DNA of 32,000 bases. Origin: Candidatus Pelagibacter ubique HTCC1062. Its GTDB lineage: Bacteria > Pseudomonadota > Alphaproteobacteria > Pelagibacterales > Pelagibacteraceae. The position numbers were made by a program, and so were the translations under genes. The stretch lies in the NCBI RefSeq assembly GCF_000012345.1, contig NC_007205.1:120001-152000 (forward strand), in the 5' to 3' direction. The notes under the pieces were generated by a model. It worked only from the letters and a program-made list of their open reading frames with translations. It made no database searches and was not told the origin of the DNA. The stretch's first letter is position 1. Every line of letters begins with the position of its first letter. Positions 8,356-17,953 of this stretch are shown one piece after another.

Positions 8356-8946
8356 ATGATTAAAAAAATATTTTTTCAGTCGATATTTTTAAGCTTCCTG
8401 TTTTTTATGGAAGCTTTTGCAGCTGAAAGCGGTGGAATGCCTCAATTAAATCCAGAGTTTTGGGTTTCTCAAATTTTTTGGTTAATTATTACTTTTGGGA
8501 TTTTATATGTTGTTTTATCTAAACTTATACTTCCAAAAATAAGTGCCAATCTAGAAAATAGAAAATCTCAAATTTTAGAAAATATTGAGGCTGCGGAAAA
8601 GCAAAGAGAAGAAAGTGAACAAAAAATTGAAGAATACGAAAAGATAGTACAATCTAGCAAGAATGAAGCAAAAAACTATTTTAAACAAGCTAGAGAAAAA
8701 GTACTGAAAGATATTGGTGTAAAGAGGGAAATACTGGAAAAAGAGCTTGATGAAGAAGTTAATAAAGCTGAGATTGAGATAAAAACTTTTAGAGATAATG
8801 CACCAGAAAAAATCAAAAAAATTGCTGTAGAGACCTCTTCGGACTTACTGCAGGAACTAATAGGGGCTGAAGTTAACAGTAGTAGTATTTCTGCAATAGT
8901 AGAAGATCTTTCAAGAAAAAAAATGGATGAATATTATGGTAATTGA
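8356..8946 (+). CDS. atpF2: F0F1 ATP synthase subunit b' (second b-type subunit)
   Basis: 196 aa. One N-terminal TM segment followed by a long charged helix. Its position between atpE and atpF is typical of alphaproteobacteria. Confidence 0.8.
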   Translation: MIKKIFFQSIFLSFLFFMEAFAAESGGMPQLNPEFWVSQIFWLIITFGILYVVLSKLILPKISANLENRKSQILENIEAAEKQREESEQKIEEYEKIVQSSKNEAKNYFKQAREKVLKDIGVKREILEKELDEEVNKAEIEIKTFRDNAPEKIKKIAVETSSDLLQELIGAEVNSSSISAIVEDLSRKKMDEYYGN

Positions 8947-9433
8947 TGCAACTTTTTGGGTAGCTATATCCTTTTTAATATTTATTGGAGCTTTAGTTTA
9001 TTTAAAAATACCTCAAAAGATTAATGAACTTTTAAATAAGCTTATCCTTGATATTAAAAATGAAATAGATGAAAGTGAAAAACTAAGACAAGAGGCAAAG
9101 GTTTTATTAGATAATGCTCAAAATAAACTTGATACCGCACAAACTGTGAGCAATGATATTTTACAACAAGCCAAAAAAGATAGCGATCATCTTATAATCG
9201 AAATGAATGATAAATTTCATAAATCTTCAGAAATTAAAAAAAGCTTAGCAGAAAATAAAATTTCACAAATGAAAGAAGCTGCACTTAAAGAAATAAAAGA
9301 TGTTTCAATTAAAATTGCTGTTGATTCTGTTAAAAAAATTATTAACACATCTGTTGATAAATCAAAACTTGATGGTCTTTTTGAAAAAAACCTTGAAGAA
9401 ACAAAAATAGCTTTAAAAAAAATAAGCTCATAA
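8927..9433 (+). CDS. atpF: F0F1 ATP synthase subunit b
   Basis: 168 aa. N-terminal TM (DATFWVAISFLIFIGALV) plus a charged helix. The start could be the ATG at 8936 rather than 8927; both overlap the b' stop at 8944-8946. Confidence 0.8.
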   Translation: MNIMVIDATFWVAISFLIFIGALVYLKIPQKINELLNKLILDIKNEIDESEKLRQEAKVLLDNAQNKLDTAQTVSNDILQQAKKDSDHLIIEMNDKFHKSSEIKKSLAENKISQMKEAALKEIKDVSIKIAVDSVKKIINTSVDKSKLDGLFEKNLEETKIALKKISS

Positions 9434-9472
9434 TTACCTTACAATTTTTTAAAAAAACTATAAATTAACCCA

Positions 9473-10930
9473 ATGAAATCTATTGTCATTGGTTCTGGAT
9501 TTGGTGGTATAGCTGCAGCATTAAGATTAAGAGCTAAAAATCATAAAGTAACTCTAATTGAAAAACATCCTGATTTAGGGGGAAGAGCCAGGGTATTTAA
9601 AAAAAATGGTTTTACTTTTGATGCTGGTCCAACAGTTATTACTGCACCCTATCTAATTGAAGAGCTTTTCACTTTATTTAATAAGAAGTCTCAGGATTAT
9701 ATAAAACTCACTCCCTTAAAAACTTGGTATAGATTTATTTATGAGGATGGAGGTGTATTTGATTATTCTGGAAATGAAGATCAAATGAAAAAACAAATTG
9801 AAAAAATAAATAAAGAAGATGTTAAAGGCTATGAACAACTTGTAAAATTTACAAAAAAAATATTTGATAAAGGCTTCACAGAACTGGCTGATGTGCCATT
9901 TGATAAACCCCTTGTGATGATGAAGCAATTACCTTCTTTACTAAAGCTTAAAAGCTATAAATCAGTTTATTCATTAGTTTCATCATATATAAAAAATGAA
10001 AAATTAAGACGTATGCTAAGTATGCATCCTCTTTTAGTTGGTGGAAACCCTTTTACAACAACTTCTATATATGGATTAATTCTATATCTAGAAAAAAAAT
10101 GGGGTATTCATTACTCAATGGGTGGAACTGGTAACATAATTAATGGCTTAGAAAAATTAATGATTGAACAAGAAATTGAAGTGATCAAAGGACATGAGGT
10201 TACTAAGATAATTTCTGATAATGGGAAAATTAGTGGAGTAAAATTGGATAATCAGAAAGAAATGCTTTCGAATAATGTGATATGTAATGCTGATCCTCCT
10301 GCCGTATATGAAAAACTTCTAAGTCTAAATAAAACAAGCCCTCTATTTAAATGGAAACAAAATCGAATGCAGTATTCTATGGGTCTATTTGTTTACTATT
10401 TTGGAACAAAAAAAACATACCCAGATGTTGAACATCACACAATCAAATTTGGTGATAAATATAAAGAACACCTGAGTGATATTTTTGATAATAAAAAATT
10501 AAATGATGACATAAGCTATTACCTTCATAGACCATCAGCTACAGATAAATCAATGGCGCCTGAAGGAAATGATTGCTTTTATGTTCTTGTACCCGTCCCA
10601 AACAATCAATCCAAAATTGATTGGAAAATTGAAGGTGAAAAAATGAAGAATTTAGTAATAGATAAAATGGAAAAAGCATTACTACCAAATCTTAGAGAAA
10701 ATATTATTGAAGATTTTTACTTAACGCCAGATTATTTTGAAAATGAATTGAATACCAAATTTGGATCAGGTTTTTCGATCCAGCCAAAATTTACTCAATC
10801 TGCATATTTTAGATTTCATAATAAATCAGAAATTTATGATGGATTATACTTTGTTGGAGCAGGAACGCACCCAGGTGCAGGAGTTCCAGGTGTGCTCTCT
10901 TCAGCAAAAGTTTTAGATAAAATATTATAA
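9473..10930 (+). CDS. crtI: Phytoene desaturase
   Basis: 485 aa. N-terminal GSGFGGIAAALRL dinucleotide fold and C-terminal FVGAGTHPGAGVPGV signature of CrtI-type desaturases. Confidence 0.9.
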   Translation: MKSIVIGSGFGGIAAALRLRAKNHKVTLIEKHPDLGGRARVFKKNGFTFDAGPTVITAPYLIEELFTLFNKKSQDYIKLTPLKTWYRFIYEDGGVFDYSGNEDQMKKQIEKINKEDVKGYEQLVKFTKKIFDKGFTELADVPFDKPLVMMKQLPSLLKLKSYKSVYSLVSSYIKNEKLRRMLSMHPLLVGGNPFTTTSIYGLILYLEKKWGIHYSMGGTGNIINGLEKLMIEQEIEVIKGHEVTKIISDNGKISGVKLDNQKEMLSNNVICNADPPAVYEKLLSLNKTSPLFKWKQNRMQYSMGLFVYYFGTKKTYPDVEHHTIKFGDKYKEHLSDIFDNKKLNDDISYYLHRPSATDKSMAPEGNDCFYVLVPVPNNQSKIDWKIEGEKMKNLVIDKMEKALLPNLRENIIEDFYLTPDYFENELNTKFGSGFSIQPKFTQSAYFRFHNKSEIYDGLYFVGAGTHPGAGVPGVLSSAKVLDKIL

Positions 10931-11781
10931 TGTCAAAAAATAATTATTTATCTATTTATGCCAAATCTTTTAACTGGGCAGGTTTTTTTTTACCAAAAAA
11001 TATTTATGAAAAATGCTCATCTCTTTATGATTTTTGCCGAACAATAGATGATATTGCTGATGATAAGAATGAACTAAATATTAAAAAGAAAAATTTATTA
11101 ATTTTTAAGAATAATTTTATAAATAAAAATTTTGATAATTTGATAATAAAAAATATGTGGATCCTTATGGAAGAAAATAAAATTTCAATCAAGATTGTTG
11201 AAGATTTATTTGATGGTATTGAGTCTGATTTAAATGAAGTAGTTAAATTTAACAAAAAAAAAGAATTGTTAATATACTCTTATAGAGTTGCTGGTACTGT
11301 AGGCTTAATGATGGCAAAAATTTTAGGGGTACAAAATAAAAACTCCATGAAATCAGCAATAGATCTTGGTATTGCAATGCAATTAACAAATATTTCAAGA
11401 GATGTAATTGAGGATATGAATAATAATAGATTTTATATTAATCATGACTTCGAGACTATAAAGAATACATTAAGTATGGCTGATTTGTTCTACGAAAGCT
11501 CCTTTGCCTCTATAAAAGAAATTCCTTTTAGGTTTAGGTTTGCAATACTTGTTGCTAGAAGAATTTATAGAAAAATTGGTGCTAAAATTTTACAAAAAGA
11601 AAATATATACAATTACAATAGAAGCGGAAAAATCTATGTAGCTAATTTAGGTAAGTTGTACCAAACATTTCTATCTATATTAGACTTGATAAAACTCATA
11701 TTTATAAATGAAAAAAACCACCTTAGAAATAAAGAGCATCTTTTAATCAATGAAGAAATAGATTTAAATGAAAGAATTTGA
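10930..11781 (+). CDS. crtB: Phytoene synthase
   Basis: 283 aa. Asp-rich motifs FCRTIDDIADD and NISRDVIEDM, and YRVAGTVG, typical of the squalene/phytoene synthase family. TAATG overlap with crtI. Confidence 0.85.
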   Translation: MSKNNYLSIYAKSFNWAGFFLPKNIYEKCSSLYDFCRTIDDIADDKNELNIKKKNLLIFKNNFINKNFDNLIIKNMWILMEENKISIKIVEDLFDGIESDLNEVVKFNKKKELLIYSYRVAGTVGLMMAKILGVQNKNSMKSAIDLGIAMQLTNISRDVIEDMNNNRFYINHDFETIKNTLSMADLFYESSFASIKEIPFRFRFAILVARRIYRKIGAKILQKENIYNYNRSGKIYVANLGKLYQTFLSILDLIKLIFINEKNHLRNKEHLLINEEIDLNERI

Positions 11782-12844
11782 TTATATCATAATTGGAGGT
11801 GGATGTGCAGGATTGTCACTTGCGTATGAGCTAGACCTTCATAACAAACTAAAAGATGCAACTTTAGCAATCATAGAGCCACGATTAGAATACAAAAGAG
11901 ATAAGACTTGGTCTTATTGGAAGACCATAGATCATAACTTTCAAGATTGTGTTCAGAAAAGTTGGAATAATTTTTCAATAAATATACCTGGAAAAACAAA
12001 ATTTTTAGAGTGCAACGGATTACCTTATGAAGCTATAGATAGTGGTTTATTTTATGAAAAAATAAATACACGATTAAAAAAAAATAAAAATATTAGCTTT
12101 TACAAAAATACTAATGAAATAGACCTAAATAGTGCTTTTATCTTTAATAGCGTTCCCCTACTGGATTCTAAAGAGGATAAGCTCTGGCAACATTTTAAAG
12201 GTATTGAGATTGAAACTAAAAAAAATGTATTTGATGATGAAATTTTTAATTTGATGGATTTTGATTGTGATCAACGTGATAGTGTTCATTTTTTTTACAC
12301 ATTGCCTTATACAAAAAATAAAGCTTTAATTGAAACTACATGGTTATCTAAGATAAAAAATGATTCTTTAAAAGATTATGATGAACAATTAAAAAATTAT
12401 ATAAGAAATCATCTTAATATTAGAGATTATAAGGTTACCTATAGCGAAGTAGGTGCAATCCCATTATTTCATCCCACAATTTCTAATGAAAGAAATAAAA
12501 TGAACATTGGTACTGCTGGGGGAATGACTCGATTGAGTACTGGTTATACCTTTTTAAATATACAAGAGCACAGCAAATACATAAGAAAAAATATTCACAC
12601 TATCAAAGAGAGTAAAAGATATGAAATTAATAAAAAATATAAATTTTTGGACAAAATATTTTTAAAAGTTCTTAATTACCATCCTGAAAAAATGGCAAAT
12701 ATATTTTTTGATATGTTTAACAATTCGCCTGAGACAATTATTAAATTTTTGTCTAATAAAAGTACTTTATTACAAGATTTATTTATAATACTTAAAATGC
12801 CTAAATGGCTTTTTATCAAAATATTTTTTAAAAATGATAAATAA
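11768..12844 (+). CDS. crtY: Lycopene beta-cyclase (CrtY type)
   Basis: 358 aa. N-terminal FDYIIIGGGCAGLSLA FAD fold. Length and position after crtIB fit. 14-nt overlap with crtB. Confidence 0.8.
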   Translation: MKEFDYIIIGGGCAGLSLAYELDLHNKLKDATLAIIEPRLEYKRDKTWSYWKTIDHNFQDCVQKSWNNFSINIPGKTKFLECNGLPYEAIDSGLFYEKINTRLKKNKNISFYKNTNEIDLNSAFIFNSVPLLDSKEDKLWQHFKGIEIETKKNVFDDEIFNLMDFDCDQRDSVHFFYTLPYTKNKALIETTWLSKIKNDSLKDYDEQLKNYIRNHLNIRDYKVTYSEVGAIPLFHPTISNERNKMNIGTAGGMTRLSTGYTFLNIQEHSKYIRKNIHTIKESKRYEINKKYKFLDKIFLKVLNYHPEKMANIFFDMFNNSPETIIKFLSNKSTLLQDLFIILKMPKWLFIKIFFKNDK

Positions 12845-13772
12845 TCAAATTAAAAAAATTAATTTCTTTCATTCTATTATTTTTTTATTTTTTTCTACTT
12901 CACTTGCTCTTATTTTTGATCAATTTAAAAGTCTGTCTATATCTCCAATTATTTGTCTATTACTAATCCTATCAATTGGAATCTCACATGGTGCATTGGA
13001 TAATCAAAAAGGTAAAAGGCTGATAAAATTATATAATATTAATAATATTTATTATTTTTACTTAATTTATTTAATAATTGCTGCTACTATAATTATTATT
13101 TGGCTGCTTGCGCCAACTTTATCACTGATTATTTTTTTAGTTGTTGCTGCCTATCATTTTGGTAAAGAAGATACAGAATTTCTAATAACTAAAAAATCTA
13201 ACATAGATATAATTCTTTATTTTCTGAAAGGAATATTAATTATTATTGCACCCTTAATGTTTCATTTTGTTGAAACAATCAATATTTTTAAATTATTATT
13301 AATACAAAATGAAAGTTTTTATTTATTTTTAAATTTTATAGAAAATAATTATATAATTTCTTTTATTTTTTTAATCTCCTTACTCACAAATATTTATTTT
13401 TTTTTAAAAGATTTTAAACTAGTTAACTTATTAATATTTTTTGACTTCACTTCAATTTTAATTTTAAATTACTTCTTTACACCTTTGGTCGCCTTCACAT
13501 TATATTTTTGCTTTTTGCATTCTTTTAGGCACTCTCTCTCATTAATTACTGAATTAGATAAATATAATTTTAAAAATGGGCTATTAATTTTTATCAAAAA
13601 AGCTGCGCCCTTGACGATTTTGACTGCTATTTTCTATTTGTTAAGCTTATATTATCTTTCAAATCACTACCTAGTAAACGAGGCAATATATAAAGTTATA
13701 TTTATTGGTTTGGCGTCCTTAACCTTTCCACATATATTGCTTGAATACTTTCTAGAAAAAAATGAAAAATAA
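12834..13772 (+). CDS. blh: Brp/Blh-family beta-carotene 15,15'-dioxygenase (retinal-forming)
   Basis: 312 aa polytopic membrane protein. Candidate iron-ligand histidines lie in GISHGALD, AAYHFGKED and FLHSFRH (H-x3-H). Position after crtIBY fits. Confidence 0.8.
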   Translation: MINNQIKKINFFHSIIFLFFSTSLALIFDQFKSLSISPIICLLLILSIGISHGALDNQKGKRLIKLYNINNIYYFYLIYLIIAATIIIIWLLAPTLSLIIFLVVAAYHFGKEDTEFLITKKSNIDIILYFLKGILIIIAPLMFHFVETINIFKLLLIQNESFYLFLNFIENNYIISFIFLISLLTNIYFFLKDFKLVNLLIFFDFTSILILNYFFTPLVAFTLYFCFLHSFRHSLSLITELDKYNFKNGLLIFIKKAAPLTILTAIFYLLSLYYLSNHYLVNEAIYKVIFIGLASLTFPHILLEYFLEKNEK

Positions 13773-14706
13773 AGAAATTAAAATATTATTATCAGCACCA
13801 CGTGGCTTTTGCGCTGGTGTTGAGCGAGCTATAGAAATTGTCAAAAAAAGTATTACAAAATATGGAGCTCCAGTTTATGTGCGTCATGAAATAGTCCATA
13901 ACAAACATGTTGTGGATAGTCTTAAGGCAATTGGTGCAATATTTGTAGAAGAACTTGATGAGATTAAAGATAAAAGTAGGCCAGTAATATTTTCCGCTCA
14001 TGGTGTTCCAAAGTCAGTACCACAACAAGCAAATGGCTATAAAATGGAATATATAGATGCTACTTGTCCACTTGTATCCAAAGTACATAGAGAAGCAGAA
14101 AATCTTTATAAAGCTGGATACCATATTGTCCTTATAGGACATATTAATCATCCCGAAGTTATAGGAACTATGGGGCAATTGCCTGAAGGCTCAATTGATT
14201 TAATTCAGGATGAGCATGATGTTGAGACTTATGAACTAGATGATAATAAAAAAATTGCTTATGTTACCCAGACAACACTCTCAGTTGATGACACAAAAAA
14301 TATAATTAAAGCTTTAAAAAAAAAGTTTCCTAAAATTAAAGAACCATTTAAAGAGGATATTTGTTACGCAACTACTAATCGTCAATCTGCTGTAAAAAAT
14401 ATAGCTAAAAAATGTGACATGTTTTTTGTTTTAGGAAGCAGAAATTCTTCAAATTCTGTGCGCCTAGTTGAGGTAGCTGAACAATCAGGGTGTCCTCATT
14501 CTGAATTGATACACTCCGATAGTGAAATTCCATTTGAAAAATTAGAAAATTGTAAAGTTATTGGTATTTCCTCTGGAGCTTCTGCACCAGAAATTTTAGT
14601 TGAAAACTTTATTAACGAAATTAAAAGTAAATTTAAAGTAAAAATTGAAACAGTTGAGATCATAAAAGAAAACATTGTATTTAAAGTTCCAGGAAAATTG
14701 AATTAA
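13762..14706 (+). CDS. ispH: 4-hydroxy-3-methylbut-2-enyl diphosphate reductase
   Basis: 314 aa. RGFCAGVERAI, VRHEIVHN, SAHGV, ATCPLV.KVH and TTNRQ motifs of IspH/LytB. Confidence 0.95.
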   Translation: MKNKEIKILLSAPRGFCAGVERAIEIVKKSITKYGAPVYVRHEIVHNKHVVDSLKAIGAIFVEELDEIKDKSRPVIFSAHGVPKSVPQQANGYKMEYIDATCPLVSKVHREAENLYKAGYHIVLIGHINHPEVIGTMGQLPEGSIDLIQDEHDVETYELDDNKKIAYVTQTTLSVDDTKNIIKALKKKFPKIKEPFKEDICYATTNRQSAVKNIAKKCDMFFVLGSRNSSNSVRLVEVAEQSGCPHSELIHSDSEIPFEKLENCKVIGISSGASAPEILVENFINEIKSKFKVKIETVEIIKENIVFKVPGKLN

Positions 14707-15675
14707 ATGGCTGTATACACGAAGTTAATTAAAAAAGATATTTCATCATTAATTAACAATTATCAAATTAATAAAATAGAAAAATTCCAAGGTATAAAAA
14801 AAGGAATTGAAAATACAAATTATTTATTAAAAACAAAACAGAATAAATTTATTTTAACAATTTTTGAAAAGCGGGTTAAAAAAAAGGATCTACCTTTTTT
14901 TATGAATTTAATGGAGAAGTTAAATCATAAAAAAATTATTTGTCCTAAACCTTTAAGAACTAAAAAAGGAACACATATAACCAATATTAAAACAAAATCA
15001 GCCTGTATTGTAACTTTTTTAGAAGGCAAAGATAAAACAATCCTTAACAATAAAAACTGTTTTGATGTGGGAAAAAATATTGCAAAATTTCATAAAGTTA
15101 CTACAAAATTAAAATTATATAGGCAAAATTCTATGTCAATACATAGACTTAATGGTTTGTTGAAAACTATAAAATTTAAATCTAATCAAATTACACCTAA
15201 TCTTAAAAACACGCTCAACCTGTGTCTAAAAGATATCAAAAATAAATGGCCCAAAAATCTACCTCAAGGAATTATTCATGGTGATCTTTTTATAGATAAT
15301 ATTTTTTTTAATAAAAATAAATTTTCAGGTTTTATTGATTTTTATTTTTCATCTAATGACTATTTGATATATGAAATTGCAATCTGCATTAATGCTTTAT
15401 GTTTCGATAAAAAAAAAAATAAGTTTGTAATGAATAGTAGTAAGATTAAAAACTTAATTAATGGATATGAAAGTATAAGAACTTTATCTAAAAAAGAAAA
15501 AGATGCACTAAATGTAATGTGTAGAGGCGCTGCGTTACGATATCTTTTAACAAGGATATATGATTATTTTAACACTCCAAAAACTGCTTTGATTAAAATA
15601 AAAGACCCTATTGAATATCTACAAAAATTAATTATTCACAATAATCTTGGTCACTATAAAGATTATTATAAGTAA
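14707..15675 (+). CDS. thrB: Homoserine kinase, type II (phosphotransferase/APH-fold ThrB)
   Basis: 322 aa. MAVYT...GIENTNYLL.T....FILTIFEKR N-terminus and the HGDLFIDN catalytic loop typical of alphaproteobacterial ThrB. ispH-thrB-rnhA synteny fits. Confidence 0.85.
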   Translation: MAVYTKLIKKDISSLINNYQINKIEKFQGIKKGIENTNYLLKTKQNKFILTIFEKRVKKKDLPFFMNLMEKLNHKKIICPKPLRTKKGTHITNIKTKSACIVTFLEGKDKTILNNKNCFDVGKNIAKFHKVTTKLKLYRQNSMSIHRLNGLLKTIKFKSNQITPNLKNTLNLCLKDIKNKWPKNLPQGIIHGDLFIDNIFFNKNKFSGFIDFYFSSNDYLIYEIAICINALCFDKKKNKFVMNSSKIKNLINGYESIRTLSKKEKDALNVMCRGAALRYLLTRIYDYFNTPKTALIKIKDPIEYLQKLIIHNNLGHYKDYYK

Positions 15676-16100
15676 TGATTAAAATTTATACAGATGGATC
15701 ATGTTTAAATAACCCCGGTAATGGTGGTTGGGCTGCAATTATAAACCAAAATGGTGAAGTCAAAGAAATTAGTGGGAGCGTAAAAGACACTACTAATAAT
15801 AAAATGGAATTGATGGCTCCTATTATGGCTCTAAAACAAATTAAACAAAATGATCAAATTGAAATCTATACCGACTCACAATATGTAAGATTAGGAATTA
15901 CTGAATGGGTGCATAAATGGATAAAAAATAATTGGCAAACTTCAAAGAAAGAACCTGTTAAGAATAAAGAACTTTGGATACAACTATACGAGCTAACAAA
16001 TCAATTTGAAATAAAATGGATTTGGGTTAAAGCACATGCAGGTAATGCCCTAAATGAAGAAGTAGATTTACTCGCAAAAAAAGCTGCTGAATTAAACTAA
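15675..16100 (+). CDS. rnhA: Ribonuclease HI
   Basis: 141 aa. IYTDGSCLNNPGNGGWA, NNKMEL and TDSQYV motifs, plus the C-terminal NEEVDLLAK. Confidence 0.95.
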   Translation: MIKIYTDGSCLNNPGNGGWAAIINQNGEVKEISGSVKDTTNNKMELMAPIMALKQIKQNDQIEIYTDSQYVRLGITEWVHKWIKNNWQTSKKEPVKNKELWIQLYELTNQFEIKWIWVKAHAGNALNEEVDLLAKKAAELN

Positions 16101-16577
16101 TGATAGAAAATTTTGTGCTGCTGAAATTTCACAAGCACCAGCGTCTTCCTCTTCTTGTAATTTAATAACTTTAAGATTATCAATTAACATTGTGTATCTA
16201 TTAGATCTAATTCCCAATCCTCTGGCACTTTTATCTACATCTGCACCTATTGCTTTTGTAAATTCTAAGAAAGGATCTGCCATCATTATAATTTTATTTT
16301 CTACATTTTGGCTTTTCCCCCAAGAGTCCATTACAAACGGATCATTTACAGAAATACAGACGATGTGATCTATGCCTTTTTCTTTATATTTTTCATAGTT
16401 ATTTACGTATCCAGGCAAGTGTTTAGCTGAACAAACGGATGTATATGCTCCTGGTAAACCAAAAAGAACAATTTTTTTATCCTTATAAAATTCATGCGTA
16501 TTTTTTTTAGTAGGATTACCATCTTCCATAATAAAAAATTCTGAATTTGGTATGTTATCGTTCTCTTTTAATTTCAT
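16092..16577 (-). CDS. Peroxiredoxin, Prx5/PrxD-like (atypical 2-Cys)
   Basis: 161 aa. The LPGAYTSVCS..HLPGY peroxidatic-Cys motif and length are typical of Prx5-type enzymes. ATGA overlap with the thrC stop. Confidence 0.88.
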   Translation of the reverse strand: MKLKENDNIPNSEFFIMEDGNPTKKNTHEFYKDKKIVLFGLPGAYTSVCSAKHLPGYVNNYEKYKEKGIDHIVCISVNDPFVMDSWGKSQNVENKIIMMADPFLEFTKAIGADVDKSARGLGIRSNRYTMLIDNLKVIKLQEEEDAGACEISAAQNFLSLV

Positions 16578-17953
16578 TGTAATTTTTCCTTAATATATTT
16601 TTGAGTTTCATTTATATTATTTGAAATTATATCATAATTTTCTTTTTCATTCATTATATATTGTAATTCATTTGGAAGACTTGACTTGATACCAATTGAT
16701 TTGTCAATTGCGTCTGGAAACTTACAGGGGTGTGCTGTTGCTAAAACAATATTGTTACCTTCTATGTTAATTTTTTTTAATGCACCAAAGCCTATTGCAC
16801 TGTGGGGGTCTAATATAACATTATATCTATTATGAACATCTTTAATAATATTTAAAACTTCAGTTTCACTCATATTTTCTGAAAGAAAATCTTTACTAAT
16901 TTTTTGTAATTTATCTTTTGGAATAATATATTTTCCCTCTTCTTTAATTTTTTTCATAACATTGCCAGTTTCAACATCATTAAAATCATTTAAATCATAA
17001 ATTAATCTTTCAAAATTACTTGCAATTTGAATATCCATACTTGGCGAATTTGTTTCAATCACTGTTTCAGCTTCATATTTTCCATTTGTGATTGCTCTAT
17101 GCAAAATATCATTTTGATTTGTTGCTACTATAAGTTTATTTATTGGTAGACCCATTTTTTTAGAAAGATAACCAGCATAAACATCGCCAAAATTACCAGT
17201 TGGAACTGAAAAATTAACAAGCCTGTCATCCCGTATTTGAAAATATGTATAAAAATAATAAACAGCTTGTGCAATAATTCTTGCCCAATTTATTGAATTT
17301 ACACCAGACATGTTTATTGAATTAGAGAATTCTTTATCTGCAAACATTGCCTTAACTAAATTTTGACAATCATCAAAATTACCATTTATAGCAATATTAA
17401 ATACATTTTTTTCTTTAACTGTAGACATTATTTTTCTCTGAACCTGTGAAACTTTATTGTGTGGGTGTAGAACAAATATATTTATATTCTCTTTACCCTT
17501 AATTGCATCTATAGCAGCAGCACCAGTATCTCCTGATGTTGCAACTATAATATTAATTTGTTTACTATTTTTACTTAGATAATATTCATAAAAATTACCA
17601 AGTAACTGCATTGCTATATCCTTAAAAGCAAGTGTTGGACCATGAAATAATTCTAAAATCTTAGCATCACCAATTTTTATCAAATCTACGACGTTATCTT
17701 TTCGAAATGAAGAATATGACTTGTCTACAATTAATGACAGCTCTGCTTCTGTCATGAAATCACCAATAAATGGGAAAATTATTTTTTTTGCTAAGTCTTG
17801 ATAGCTTAAATTACTTAAAGAGTTTAATTCTTCAGTAGTGTATTTTTTTATTTTTTTTGGGATAAATAGACCACCATCATCTGCTAGTCCTTTGATAAAT
17901 ACCTCCTCAAAACTGTACTCTTTTGAGTTATCTCTAGTGCTTATATATTTCAT
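16574..17953 (-). CDS. thrC: Threonine synthase
   Basis: 459 aa. MKYISTR N-terminus, PLP-lysine motif HGPTLAFKD and the SGDTGAAA loop. Confidence 0.95.
   Translation of the reverse strand: MKYISTRDNSKEYSFEEVFIKGLADDGGLFIPKKIKKYTTEELNSLSNLSYQDLAKKIIFPFIGDFMTEAELSLIVDKSYSSFRKDNVVDLIKIGDAKILELFHGPTLAFKDIAMQLLGNFYEYYLSKNSKQINIIVATSGDTGAAAIDAIKGKENINIFVLHPHNKVSQVQRKIMSTVKEKNVFNIAINGNFDDCQNLVKAMFADKEFSNSINMSGVNSINWARIIAQAVYYFYTYFQIRDDRLVNFSVPTGNFGDVYAGYLSKKMGLPINKLIVATNQNDILHRAITNGKYEAETVIETNSPSMDIQIASNFERLIYDLNDFNDVETGNVMKKIKEEGKYIIPKDKLQKISKDFLSENMSETEVLNIIKDVHNRYNVILDPHSAIGFGALKKINIEGNNIVLATAHPCKFPDAIDKSIGIKSSLPNELQYIMNEKENYDIISNNINETQKYIKEKLQ

Noticed and set aside
9434-9472. Possible intrinsic terminator between atpF and crtI
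   Set aside because: The 39-nt spacer (TTACCTTACAATTTTTTAAAAAAACTATAAATTAACCCA) has no convincing GC-containing stem, so I cannot support a terminator call.
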